From Geobacteraceae bacterium (GTDB lineage: Bacteria > Desulfobacterota > Desulfuromonadia > Geobacterales > Geobacteraceae), in NCBI GenBank assembly GCA_025356035.1, contig JANXYN010000140.1, positions 1-42,345 on the forward strand: a stretch of DNA of 42,345 nucleotides. The letters run 5' to 3'. This document shows positions 1-9,282 of the stretch, in pieces. Below the pieces are notes generated by a model. That model saw nothing but the letters and a program-made list of their open reading frames with translations, had not been told where the DNA came from and searched no databases. A program made the translations under genes and the position numbers. Position 1 is the first letter of the stretch, and the number at the start of each line of letters is the position of its first letter.

Positions 1-169
1 TCTGCACCTTGCGGATATCGGTGGGATCAAGGACAAGGGTCGTCGGCAACGGCCCCAGGTCGAGCCAGGTCTTGAGCGCCAGCGCGGCGGTTAGAAGCAA
101 AACGACCGCGCCGGCAGTCACAAGCAGTCGCCGGTGGCGGCAAAATAAATCCGCCAGGACCGTTATCAT
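1..169 (-). CDS. Partial CDS running off the left edge. N-terminus MITVLADLFCRHRRLLVTAGAVVLLLTAALALKTWLDL... has one signal-anchor/TM helix. Unknown function.
   Basis: Open frame on the minus strand from ATG at 169 to the window edge. GC-rich third codon positions. Hydrophobic N-terminal helix. Weak SD (GAGGGG) about 13 nt upstream. Not in the ORF track because no stop is in-window. Confidence 0.3.
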   Translation of the reverse strand, partial: MITVLADLFCRHRRLLVTAGAVVLLLTAALALKTWLDLGPLPTTLVLDPTDIRKVQ

Positions 170-180
170 CAGCGTTATTT

Positions 181-215
181 TATCCCCTCTCCCCCTGGGA
201 GAGGGGCAGGGGTGA
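181..215. repeat. G-tract palindromic repeat (CCCCTCTCCCCCTGGGAGAGGGGCAGGGGTGAGGG), REP-like hairpin downstream of A2M-1.
   Basis: CCCCTCTC / GAGAGGGG inverted repeat followed by a further G-rich arm. Same GGGAGGG/CCCTCCC building blocks as the element at 6265-6375. Confidence 0.5.
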
Positions 216-296
216 GGGAGCTTTTGCTTGCCTTTCAACCATTGCAGCATAAATCACTTCCAGCACAACGCAGGTGTGGAGACAGAAAAAAGAGCC

Positions 297-3200
297 TTAC
301 TCCGCCTTCTCCACCTTGAGGGTGGCCGGGACATCGGTGCCGAACACGTCCGGGTCGTACATCTCCTCGGCGTGGAGCGGACTGACGCCGAATTCCCCCG
401 GGGCGATGGCCTGGGCCGTGTAGGATAGGTGGTAATTCCCCGCCGGGAGGTATTCAGAGTAGAAGCGTGCCGCGTAGTGGCGCAGCTCACGGTGGTAAAA
501 GCTCCAGTAGGAGTAGCCGTACTCGTGCCAATCGCTGAACCGCCACCAGAACGAGCCACTCCCCGCCTTGAACGCCCCTTTGTCCGCATCCACCAGGGAG
601 GCGGTAGCAAGGTCGCGATTGACCGGCTCCACCCCCCCCGGCACCGGATCATCCACCACCACGAAGTTGCGCGGCGCAGGGAGGGAAACGAACAGGTCGA
701 CCCGGACCAGTTCACCCTGCCTGATCAGCATCGGGCTTTTCAACAGCTCCCATTTCCGGTTCCGCTCGACGCTGTACTCGCGGTGCACCTCGATCCCCGC
801 ATTGACCGGCTTGGCCTTCAGCTCCAGCGGTGCATAGGCTAGGCGCGCAGCGTAGTAAAGCCTGCCGCTCCCCTGCCGTTCCAGCTTGATGGTGGCCGCC
901 CGGCCCGGATCGTCCTTCGCCATCGGCCGCTCCATCACTACCGGCTTGTCGCGGAACCCCTTGAATGCAGTTTCGCCGAACTTTTTCCCATTCAGCAGTG
1001 CCCGTACCGTCATCTGCGGTTTGTCCCGCTCATAGAGGCGGCTGTAGTCGATCAGGGCGTTGAGACAGAAGATGTTTTCCTGGGTATTCTCCCAGCGATC
1101 CCGCTGGCCCCTGCTCTGGGTGATGGTCCTGACCAGCTTGAAGGGAATTGCCCCCACCGTCTTGCTCCCCTGGGGGGTCTCGCCGTAGGCGAGCAGTGCG
1201 GAAAGGACCGCGCCGTTGTCGCGGAGGGTGGAGGTGAGGAGCTGGGCGTAACCGGCGTCGAGCTTTTCGCTGAATATATACTTGCCGCCGGTCTCGTTGG
1301 CCTGGGCGAGGATCATGTTCACCACCTCGGTTTGCAGGTCTGCCGTACCGACCACCTTGAGCAGGGCCTGCAGGTAGTGGGCCTTACCGAACAGGCTCAT
1401 TTCCGGCAGATGTGAGCGATACCGATCCAGGTCGGCACGGCTGACCTTGCCATGGGGAGCCAGGGCAGCCAGGGCCACGGCCCGCACTGTGGAGCCCATC
1501 CCCTTGCTGTAGAAGCTGGGGAGTGTGTCTTTGCGCAACAGCTGCTGCAGATAGGTATGGAGCCTTTGCTCCACCTGGGTTGGGATGGTGTAGCCGGCGC
1601 CCCGGAGCCAGTTGAAGGCGAGGGCCGTATAGGCGCTCAGGTAGGGGCTCACATGGTCGTCACTGGCACTGTAGAAACAGATCCCGCCATTTGGCGCCTG
1701 GTGTTCGACGGCCCGTCGCAGGGTCTCCTCAGGCAGCCCTTTGCTCTCCGGCCAGAGCATGGTTTCGGGGAGATAGGGTTGCAGCCGGATGAACTGGGCG
1801 GCCATCACCCCCTTGGTGAGGATCTGCTCCCAGCAGATGTACGGATAGCTGCGGAGATAGGCAAACGCCCCTTCCAGGTTGGCGATGACCGACGGCGAGG
1901 CGACCACGCTCACGCCCCCGGCATCGGTGCGGATCCCGGTTGGAAAGGCGATCTTTTCCGTCACCTCATCGGCAGTGGTGGTGCCGTAGGTGGCCGCGGT
2001 CTCCAGGGCAATCCTCTTCCGCACGCTGAGGGTCTGCTGGATGGCGTCGCCGTCGCTCTTGTCCCAGGCCCGCGCCTTGAAGACAATTTCGCCGGAGCCT
2101 TCGGTCTGCAGGGGGAGCCAGACCGAAGTGCGCTTGTAGGGGGGGGCCTTGATCTGCTGGCTGATGCTGAAGCCAGCGGCGGCGCCGCTCGATTTCAGCG
2201 CCCCTTCGGCGTTGATGGTCACCTCCAGTGTCCGTTCCTGATCGGTGCGGTTCATGACCGAGAAGCCGGCCATGAAGCTGTCCGCTTCCAGCACCTGGTT
2301 GGGGAGAACCGGCCGGATCTCGGTGGGACGATTCACCTTGAACGTGGCGTCCCCGAGGCCGAGCCGATCGCCGGGCGTCACCGCCATCACCAGCACCCGC
2401 CAGCCGGTCAGGTTGTCCGGCACCTGGAAACTCACCCGTGCCTTGCCGTTACTGTCGGTCTTGACGGCCGGGTTCCAGTAGCTGACGAACTTGAACAGGG
2501 AACGCATGGAGAGGTCAGGCCCGCCGTCGCCCCCCGGGTTCGCCCCCTTCTTCTCGAACCGCTGCCGGCCGATCAGCTGCATCAGCAGGCTGAAGTTGCG
2601 CAGGTCGAGGGGATCCAGATAGTAGAAGCCGCGGTAGACGTCGTAGTACCCTTTCCCACCCTGGATCAGATCGAGCACCGCTTCGTCAAGGACCACCACT
2701 GCGAGCTCCATGGGTGGGGTGAGATTCTTTGCGCTCCCCGGCCTGAGCTGGGCCTGGATATCGACCGTCACCATATCCCGGGGGCGGTAGAGCTGGCGAT
2801 CCGGCTTCACCTCCACCGTAATCTCCTTGAGCGGGTCCCGGACCGGCACCGTGATGTAGCCGATGCGGAAGGCCGGTTTCCCCAGATCCACCTGGTTCTC
2901 GTCAAGGGGTTTTTCCTGCCGCGGCGACATGACCGATATCGACAGGTAGAAACCGGGCAGATGGTCCGGCTCCACCTCGAATTCGACGATGGCGGTGCTG
3001 TCGGCAAAGGTCTCCACCCAGCTCTTCATTACCCCGTAGCGCTCGATGGTGATCAGCGCCTTGGCTCCGGGATAGGGGTTCTTCACCAGGTAGCGGGCCC
3101 GCTCGCCCACCCGGTATTCCTTCTTCTCCGGCACGATCTGCAGGCCGATCCCCTCTTCGCTCCCCCAGACCACCGCCCCTTTCCCCACCGCCCAGCTGTG

Positions 3201-6110
3201 GATGACGGTCTTGTGCGGGCGGCCTTCCGAGTCCTTGATCTCGGCGGTGATTCGATACGAGCCGAGGTTGTCCGGGGTGAAACCGCAGCTGACTGGGGTG
3301 GCGGCCGAGGTGACCGAGCAGGAGGCCGCCTTGACCCATTCGTACTCGAAATGGGTCAGATAGGCATTCCCTGCCCCCTTCACCCGTGACGCCACGGTCC
3401 TGTGGTATTCGAAGCTCACCTCCACTGGCGTACCCGCCACCGGCTTGCCGTGGTCGTCCACCACCAGGGTTTCGAAGCGGGCCGGGGTCCCCTTCTTCAG
3501 GACCCACTCGGTCTCATGGAGCCCCACGTAACGGTCGCGCCCCACGCAGAGCGCGGTCGCCCGGCTCGCCACATATTTGCCCCGGTCGTCCCGCACCGCG
3601 CTCTCCACGGTGAGCTGGCCATAGAGGACATTTCCCCCCTGCAGGGCAAACTCCCGCTCCAGGTCTCCCTTGTCGTTGACCAGCGCCTCGGTCTGGAAGA
3701 TCTGCCGCTCCTGCCGACCATCGACCGTATCACCGAACCAGAATCCCTTGGCGGCCGGATCATCCGAGGAGAAGGGGCGCGGGTCAAGCAGGGCAGTGAT
3801 GCGCGTCTGGGCATTGACATAGGGGCCGCCCGCGTGAAGGCGGGTCTGGGTGGTGACCTTCACCGTGTCCCCCGCCTTGAACTGCTCGCCGTTCAGGTCG
3901 GTGGAGACCCGGAACGGCGCCGGGGTGAAGTCGCTCACCAGCACCCGCATTGGTTGCCATTCCCCCTTGCGGAATGAGGCGGAGAGGATGAAGCGGTACC
4001 AGCCGACTGCGCCGTTCTGCGGCACGGCGAACTCACCGGCGTAGGAGCCGAATTCCGACAGGTTAAGCTCCTTCACCTCGTAGACCACCTTGTCCATGGG
4101 GTCCACAACTCGGAGAGAATACCCCTTAGCCGGCGGTGCCACCAGCACCCGGTTGTCCTGGTTGCGGACAAAGAGCTTGAACTGCACCGTATCCCCAGCC
4201 CTGTACACCCCCTGGGCGGTGGTCCCCCAGCTATGGATATGGCCAAACCTGCGCTGCAGCTGGCTGTAAACGTACCCCTCCTCGTCCCCGTAATACTGGG
4301 CGTCAAAGGCGGATACGAGCGGCAGCAGGGCCAGGTCGTCCCCCTTTTGGCAGCGGACGAACAGCTTTTGATCCTTTGCCTCTTCCTGGACGTCGCCATC
4401 CCCTTCCGCGTACTCATAGTTCTTCAGGGCTCGCAGCTCCGGATCGAGCTTCTCGGTCCCCGCCAGCAGGGCAATCCCGTCCTTATTGGTGACCGCCTTG
4501 CCGAGCGAATCGGCGTCGGGATCGAGGCCGGGGAAACGCTCCCGGTAAATATCCACCGCCCCCCCCGCCACCGGCAGGCCAGTGGCGAAATCGGTGACCC
4601 AGACCATGGTGTTGAAGTGGCCGATTTTCACCTGGACGTTGTAGGGGGTCACCTGGGCAAAAAACCAGTTGTCGGGATTGTTCTGGACCAGGGGTGTAGT
4701 CTCAAAGCTCCCGTGAACCACCCCGGAGCCTTCGCCGATCATCTCCCGCACCTTGAGCGGCATCCGGTAGGGGACGTCCTGGACTTTGGCTACCGGCAGG
4801 CTTTTGTGTTGTCCCGCCATCTTCCCCTGGTTGGTCAGGACGTCATAACTGACATCGATCCGCTCGAGATTTGTCACCACGATGGGGAGTTCGCTCTCCA
4901 CCCCCTTTTCCAGGACCGCGAAGCGGTGGCCGAAGTTAAAGTCCGGGTTCAGGTGGTCGGTAAAAAACATCTGCCGGAGGTTTTTCGCCAGGGGCCGGCC
5001 GAACTCATCCTTGATCCAGCGCCCTTCGGCCTGGACAGTGTATGGCTGATAGACCCCCAGCACGCGCGGCAGCGAGGCCTCGTATTCATACCCCTTCCGG
5101 TGCGGCTGACCAAGGCGGGAGTAGTCCCCCATATTCTCCCATGGGTTGGCTTCTTTGTCCCCCCTTGCCAGGTCGGGCGATACCTTGAGCCCCTCCTTCA
5201 GCACCGAGTTGATGACCGGCGTGGAGAACAACAGCGCCACATCATTGGTCGGATTGCAGAATTCGGCACTGGTCACCTTCTGGCCGGGGCGGACGGTGAC
5301 ACTTGCGCCACTATTGCTGGTGCAGCGGATACCGAGGAAACTGAACTCTGGAAAGGTGTCGAAGGCGACTACCACCCGCTCCTCGGCACCCGGTTCGCTC
5401 CCCTTGCGTGGCATGATGCCCCGCTCCACCTTGAGTGCCACACTGGCATCCTGGGGGAGCTCGCTGACCGGGCTCACCAACAAAATGCGCCCCGGCTGGT
5501 AATCGCTCCGCTTCCGGTACTCCTCGTCTTCCTTGACCGTCACCGGCCAGCGCCGACCGTCCGGGGTCTGGATGAACAGATGGGCCGCCACCGACGCCTC
5601 GGTGACCGGCTGGTTGAACCAGACCCTGATCACCGGCATGCCGGTCGATCTCCAGGTGACGAAGCGGTACTCGCTCACCCTGGCCCGCTCGGTGATGAAG
5701 GTATGGGTGACGGTCTGCGCCAGGGTGGAGCCGTCTTCGGCCCTGATTCCCGGGTGGATATGGACCGCGTAGCGGGTCGCCGGGGTCATCGCCTCCTTCT
5801 CCCCGAGCTGGCAGGCGAGGTCCGAGGTGTTGAGCCAGCGCCATTGGCAGGCAAGCGAAGGGACCACGCTGATCGGGATCTCTTTGTCCTCCCGCTCCAT
5901 CCGCCCGAGGGGCACCACCGGCCGGTTGAAATGAATCACGATCTCCCGGCTGGCCGGCACATCCTCGCCGGTAGGATTGATGCTGATAATTTTCAGCGGC
6001 TCCTTGCCGCCGTTGAACAGCTTGGAGTCGAAGGCACCAAACGCGGGGCTCACCCCGGCCAGAGCAACAAGCGCAACCAACGTCGATAGAACCATTTTCC
6101 CGAGCTGCAT
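297..6110 (-). CDS. Bacterial alpha-2-macroglobulin family protein (about 1937 aa) with intact thioester motif; secreted/periplasmic.
   Basis: 1965-aa ORF. Likely true start is MQLGKMVLSTLVALVALAGVSPAFG (signal peptide) preceded by GGGAGGAG SD. Contains YPYICWEQ (CxEQ thioester signature). Size and multi-domain length fit the YfhM/ECAM class. Adjacent to pbpC, the classical A2M partner. Confidence 0.88.
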   Translation of the reverse strand: MQLGKMVLSTLVALVALAGVSPAFGAFDSKLFNGGKEPLKIISINPTGEDVPASREIVIHFNRPVVPLGRMEREDKEIPISVVPSLACQWRWLNTSDLACQLGEKEAMTPATRYAVHIHPGIRAEDGSTLAQTVTHTFITERARVSEYRFVTWRSTGMPVIRVWFNQPVTEASVAAHLFIQTPDGRRWPVTVKEDEEYRKRSDYQPGRILLVSPVSELPQDASVALKVERGIMPRKGSEPGAEERVVVAFDTFPEFSFLGIRCTSNSGASVTVRPGQKVTSAEFCNPTNDVALLFSTPVINSVLKEGLKVSPDLARGDKEANPWENMGDYSRLGQPHRKGYEYEASLPRVLGVYQPYTVQAEGRWIKDEFGRPLAKNLRQMFFTDHLNPDFNFGHRFAVLEKGVESELPIVVTNLERIDVSYDVLTNQGKMAGQHKSLPVAKVQDVPYRMPLKVREMIGEGSGVVHGSFETTPLVQNNPDNWFFAQVTPYNVQVKIGHFNTMVWVTDFATGLPVAGGAVDIYRERFPGLDPDADSLGKAVTNKDGIALLAGTEKLDPELRALKNYEYAEGDGDVQEEAKDQKLFVRCQKGDDLALLPLVSAFDAQYYGDEEGYVYSQLQRRFGHIHSWGTTAQGVYRAGDTVQFKLFVRNQDNRVLVAPPAKGYSLRVVDPMDKVVYEVKELNLSEFGSYAGEFAVPQNGAVGWYRFILSASFRKGEWQPMRVLVSDFTPAPFRVSTDLNGEQFKAGDTVKVTTQTRLHAGGPYVNAQTRITALLDPRPFSSDDPAAKGFWFGDTVDGRQERQIFQTEALVNDKGDLEREFALQGGNVLYGQLTVESAVRDDRGKYVASRATALCVGRDRYVGLHETEWVLKKGTPARFETLVVDDHGKPVAGTPVEVSFEYHRTVASRVKGAGNAYLTHFEYEWVKAASCSVTSAATPVSCGFTPDNLGSYRITAEIKDSEGRPHKTVIHSWAVGKGAVVWGSEEGIGLQIVPEKKEYRVGERARYLVKNPYPGAKALITIERYGVMKSWVETFADSTAIVEFEVEPDHLPGFYLSISVMSPRQEKPLDENQVDLGKPAFRIGYITVPVRDPLKEITVEVKPDRQLYRPRDMVTVDIQAQLRPGSAKNLTPPMELAVVVLDEAVLDLIQGGKGYYDVYRGFYYLDPLDLRNFSLLMQLIGRQRFEKKGANPGGDGGPDLSMRSLFKFVSYWNPAVKTDSNGKARVSFQVPDNLTGWRVLVMAVTPGDRLGLGDATFKVNRPTEIRPVLPNQVLEADSFMAGFSVMNRTDQERTLEVTINAEGALKSSGAAAGFSISQQIKAPPYKRTSVWLPLQTEGSGEIVFKARAWDKSDGDAIQQTLSVRKRIALETAATYGTTTADEVTEKIAFPTGIRTDAGGVSVVASPSVIANLEGAFAYLRSYPYICWEQILTKGVMAAQFIRLQPYLPETMLWPESKGLPEETLRRAVEHQAPNGGICFYSASDDHVSPYLSAYTALAFNWLRGAGYTIPTQVEQRLHTYLQQLLRKDTLPSFYSKGMGSTVRAVALAALAPHGKVSRADLDRYRSHLPEMSLFGKAHYLQALLKVVGTADLQTEVVNMILAQANETGGKYIFSEKLDAGYAQLLTSTLRDNGAVLSALLAYGETPQGSKTVGAIPFKLVRTITQSRGQRDRWENTQENIFCLNALIDYSRLYERDKPQMTVRALLNGKKFGETAFKGFRDKPVVMERPMAKDDPGRAATIKLERQGSGRLYYAARLAYAPLELKAKPVNAGIEVHREYSVERNRKWELLKSPMLIRQGELVRVDLFVSLPAPRNFVVVDDPVPGGVEPVNRDLATASLVDADKGAFKAGSGSFWWRFSDWHEYGYSYWSFYHRELRHYAARFYSEYLPAGNYHLSYTAQAIAPGEFGVSPLHAEEMYDPDVFGTDVPATLKVEKAE

Positions 6111-6264
6111 ACCGATCTCCTCCCGTGTAGCAAATTGTGGCTGGAAGTAATTTGTGATTCGTATTTGATAAGCAAAACCGAGACCTAAACCCATTGCACG
6201 CGGATCAAATCTGAAAAAGGCGGATTCTGGTTATCCACTTTACTCAAATAGATCATTTTATAAA

Positions 6265-6375
6265 TCTTCCCCCCTCCCTTGATGGGAGGGGGCCAGGGGG
6301 AGGGTAAAGCTGCAAACAGCATAAAACATGGCACTTTTTCACCCCCTCCCTGGCCCTCCCCCATAAAGGGGGAGG
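6265..6375. repeat. Nested G-tract palindromic element between pbpC and A2M-1. Four arms (CCCCCCTCCC / GGGAGGGGGCCAGGGGGAGGG / CCCCCTCCCTGGCCCTCCCCC / GGGGGAGGG) can form alternative hairpins.
   Basis: Read directly. Arm 2 is the reverse complement of arm 3. Arm 1 pairs with the start of arm 2 and arm 4 with the end of arm 3. The loop between arms 2 and 3 is about 35 nt. Confidence 0.6.
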
Positions 6376-6431
6376 GAATGTTATATTTCAGATGTTACCC
6401 GCGTGTGGGTTTTGACCCTCTGTGCCCTCTT

Positions 6432-8915
6432 TTATTCCACCCGCACGCTCACCGCATCGCCGCTACTTGCCGGGTCCGCCGCGGTGATCCGGTAGCGCCC
6501 CGGCACCAGCGGCCAGTATGTCTGGTACGGCGGGCCGGTTCGCTCGTAGAGGACGCCATTCACGTACCAGTCGATATAGGGGACCGGCCGGTCCGACACT
6601 GCCCGAAGCTTGATCAGCTGGTTACTGGCGGCACGGTTCACCACGAAGCGGTCCTGGTCGAGCGGGTAGACGATCCGCACGCTGTTCGCCCCGTTTCCTT
6701 GGGCCTGGGAAGGGCCGGCCGCTCCGGCATCCCTCCCGACCTGAAAGTGCCCGCCGCTGCTGGCGGCGCCTGCAGTCAACGGGGAAGCGGCAACTGTCGC
6801 AGGCGGGTTCTTCTGTCGCACCAACGGCGTTGTCGCCTCGGCAGTCAGTTTCTGCCACGGGTCATGGAAGACCTTGGCGAGATCGTCACCAAAACCGTCG
6901 ATGCGGAACCGGCCGGCGGCACCGCTCTGGTTGCGGTCGAAGAGCCAGCCGGCATAGGGGGTGGCCAGTTCGTGGCGCTGGTCATCCCGGGCGTGGAAGG
7001 TGCAGGGGCGGTCGGGCTCGCTCCCGGCGTAAAATAGCTCGGCGACCACCTGCCGGCAGTGGGGGGTCGGCTTCATCCCCGAGTAGCCACAGACCTTGAC
7101 CCGCTTCACCCCCGCCGGTCTTTTGAAGCGTGGCGGCCCCCCCTGCCGGTAAAGCTGGCCCAGGATCTCCTGCAATATAGGCGCGGCGGCGCTGGCGCCG
7201 CTCAGTCGGGCGGTGGGGGCGCCGTTGAAATTGCCGACCCAGACGGCCACCGTGTATTCCGGCGTATACCCCAGCGCCCAGAGGTCCCGATAATAAGTGC
7301 TGGTGCCGGTCTTGACGCAGACCCGGAACGGAAAGTCCATGGCGCGGCTCCGGCCGAAGGTGAGCATCCGGGCGGTCGGGTCGGCGAGGATGTCGCCGAT
7401 GATGTAGGCGGTCTGGGGGAGAAAGATGCTCCGTGGCGCCCCGCTGTTACGCTTTCCGAGCAGATAGCGGACAGGTTGGTACTCTCCGCCATTCGCCAGC
7501 GCGGCATAGGCGCTGGCCAGCTGCTCCAGAGAGATCTCCAGATTGCCGATGGCGAGGCCGAGCCCGTAGTGGTCCGGCCCCTTGCTTGGATCAGTGATCA
7601 GGTTCAACCGGACAAGCAGATCGTAGAACTCCCGCTCGCCGAGGAGCTTCAGCGTCTTCACCGCCGACAGGTTCAACGAATTCCCCAGGGCGGTGCGGAT
7701 GGTGACCGGGCCGTACTGGCGCCGGTCGAAGTTGCTCGGCTGGTACTGGCCGCTCTCGGCCCGGTAGATCCGTTCGGTGTCCTCCAGAAGCGTCGTGACC
7801 GGGTAGCCCGACTCCAGCGCCAAGGCATAGAGGAACGGCTTCAGGGTCGAGCCGGCCGAGCGAGGTGCCAGCACGCCGTTGTTGAAGCCGCCGTCGCGCT
7901 CCTCGTAGGCGAGCGACCCGACCGTGGCAAGGACCTCCATGGTCCGGTTGTCGATGATAAGTGCCGCCCCCTGGTGGGCACCCTTGCCCCGCAACCGTTC
8001 GGCGTGGGAGGCGAGGATCTGCTGCACCCGCAGCTGCAGGGGAAGGTCAATGGTGGTCCGCACCACCCCTCCTTTTATTCCTCTGGCCAGCAGCTGGTCC
8101 ACCAGATGTGGCGCCTGCAGATCGAAGCAGAACTCCCGCAATGCCAGGCTCTCCGCCTGGGCCACCCGGTATTCATTCTCGGTCAGGAAGCCCAACTGGC
8201 GCATCCGGCCAAGCACCCACCCCTGCCGGGCGAGGAGTCGCTCGCGGTTCCCGCCATAGGGATTCAGCTGGCTCGGCGCCTTGGGAAGCGAAGCCAGAAG
8301 CGCCGCCTGGGCCGCGGTGAGGTTTCGCGCCGGCCTGCCGAAATAGGCGTGGGCCGCCGTCTCCACCCCGGCGAGGTTGTTCCCCATCGGTACCCGATTC
8401 AGGTACTGCTCGAGGATCGCCTCCTTGGAGATTGCCTGCTCCAGCTTAACGCTGCGGCAGATCTCGGTCAGCTTCGCCCGGTAGCTCCGCCGGCCATCGG
8501 CGGGATAGACCAGCCGGACCAGCTGCTGGGTGATAGTGGAAGCGCCGGAGACAATCAGCCGACGGGTCAGGTTCCCCCAGAGCGCCCGGCCGATGGCCCG
8601 CGCATCGAAGCCATGATGCCGATAGAACCGCCCGTCCTCGGCGGCAAGAAAGGCCCCCTTCACCACCGGCGGCAACTCCTGCACCGCCACCCACCTCCCC
8701 CGCTCGCCACTGTCATCCGGCACAAAACGGAGCTCCCAGCCATGCCGGTCGGTGAACACCGTCCCCATAATCTTGGTGGAGCCCCTGCTGAAGCGGGCCG
8801 GGTCTAGGTCAGTGGCTTGGTAGACGCGCCAGACGTAGATCGAGACGGCCGTCAGCCCAGCTAGAGCGGCAAAGGTGGTAACGACGGCGATTATTTTGGC
8901 GAGGCGACGTATCAT
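6432..8915 (-). CDS. pbpC: Penicillin-binding protein 1C-type bifunctional transglycosylase/transpeptidase (PbpC-like).
   Basis: 827 aa. N-terminal membrane anchor. GT51 glycosyltransferase motifs (RFYRHHGFD, ITQQLVR). Transpeptidase STLKP (SxxK) motif. Long C-terminal extension typical of PBP1C. Sits next to A2M genes as in yfhM-pbpC loci. Confidence 0.85.
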   Translation of the reverse strand: MIRRLAKIIAVVTTFAALAGLTAVSIYVWRVYQATDLDPARFSRGSTKIMGTVFTDRHGWELRFVPDDSGERGRWVAVQELPPVVKGAFLAAEDGRFYRHHGFDARAIGRALWGNLTRRLIVSGASTITQQLVRLVYPADGRRSYRAKLTEICRSVKLEQAISKEAILEQYLNRVPMGNNLAGVETAAHAYFGRPARNLTAAQAALLASLPKAPSQLNPYGGNRERLLARQGWVLGRMRQLGFLTENEYRVAQAESLALREFCFDLQAPHLVDQLLARGIKGGVVRTTIDLPLQLRVQQILASHAERLRGKGAHQGAALIIDNRTMEVLATVGSLAYEERDGGFNNGVLAPRSAGSTLKPFLYALALESGYPVTTLLEDTERIYRAESGQYQPSNFDRRQYGPVTIRTALGNSLNLSAVKTLKLLGEREFYDLLVRLNLITDPSKGPDHYGLGLAIGNLEISLEQLASAYAALANGGEYQPVRYLLGKRNSGAPRSIFLPQTAYIIGDILADPTARMLTFGRSRAMDFPFRVCVKTGTSTYYRDLWALGYTPEYTVAVWVGNFNGAPTARLSGASAAAPILQEILGQLYRQGGPPRFKRPAGVKRVKVCGYSGMKPTPHCRQVVAELFYAGSEPDRPCTFHARDDQRHELATPYAGWLFDRNQSGAAGRFRIDGFGDDLAKVFHDPWQKLTAEATTPLVRQKNPPATVAASPLTAGAASSGGHFQVGRDAGAAGPSQAQGNGANSVRIVYPLDQDRFVVNRAASNQLIKLRAVSDRPVPYIDWYVNGVLYERTGPPYQTYWPLVPGRYRITAADPASSGDAVSVRVE

Positions 8916-8935
8916 TCAGACAACCACTTTTCAGT

Positions 8936-8989
8936 GTAATTCCAGATGGTTCCAAATTTACTCAATACGTTGAGCAAATTTACTCAATC
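8936..8989 (+). promoter_or_regulatory. Direct repeats (AAATTTACTCAAT x2, 8936-8948 and 8959-8971) followed by TATAAT at 8984-8989. Candidate promoter/operator in the pbpC upstream region.
   Basis: Seen in sequence. TTGAGC (8960-8965), 18-nt spacer, TATAAT on the plus strand. The repeats also read as ATTGAGTAAATTT x2 on the minus strand, upstream of the pbpC start. Confidence 0.35.
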
Positions 8990-9050
8990 AATGTATAATC
9001 TGTAGCTGCGTTCAGCGTTGTCAGGTTAGACATTGCTGTATAGTCTACAA

Positions 9051-9201
9051 GCCCCGTTAGGGGCGTTGGATGGTAGCCGGGGGATTTATCCCCCGGAAAG
9101 GATACCAAATTCCACCACGTCACGTACGTGACGTGAGGATATCTTGTCTCATTGACCGGGGAATGAATTCCCCGGCTACCATCATTCTGTCCCTACGGGA
9201 C
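9051..9201. repeat. Roughly 150-bp nested palindromic element centred on a perfect 20-bp palindrome CACGTCACGTACGTGACGTG (9116-9135). MITE-like or structured-RNA candidate.
   Basis: Symmetric arms GGTAGCCGGGGG (9072-9083) / CCCCGGCTACC (9170-9180), each also forming its own local hairpin. Outer hairpins GCCCCGTTAGGGGC and GTCCCTACGGGAC lie about 75 nt either side of the centre. Confidence 0.6.
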
Positions 9202-9282
9202 GTAAGCAAAAACCTAATCGGACACTACTGAGTTGCGCTCTCGTTAGCAAGCTTCAGTTGGGAACACGGGGGAAGGTCACAC

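Noticed and set aside
9-215. 68-aa plus-strand ORF ending in ...SPLPLGEGQG.
   Set aside because: Its 3' end is simply the translation of the G-tract palindromic repeat. It overlaps the antisense partial CDS and has no SD.
1452-3389. Long plus-strand ORFs (for example 1452..3389, 4233..6089, 7059..8807, 11107..12174, 13384..14664, 14884..16191, 20185..21567, 29574..31004, 31831..33441, 34251..35015, 35821..36723, 39638..41095) listed in the six-frame track.
   Set aside because: All lie antisense to large, motif-supported minus-strand genes. Their products are Arg/Gly/Pro/His-rich with no motifs. They are typical shadow ORFs of high-GC DNA.
8916-9282. tRNA or other canonical RNA gene in the structured intergenic region (also scanned the whole window for GGTTCGAATCC-like T-arm motifs).
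   Set aside because: No cloverleaf-compatible arrangement or T-loop consensus. Structure is a symmetric palindrome instead.
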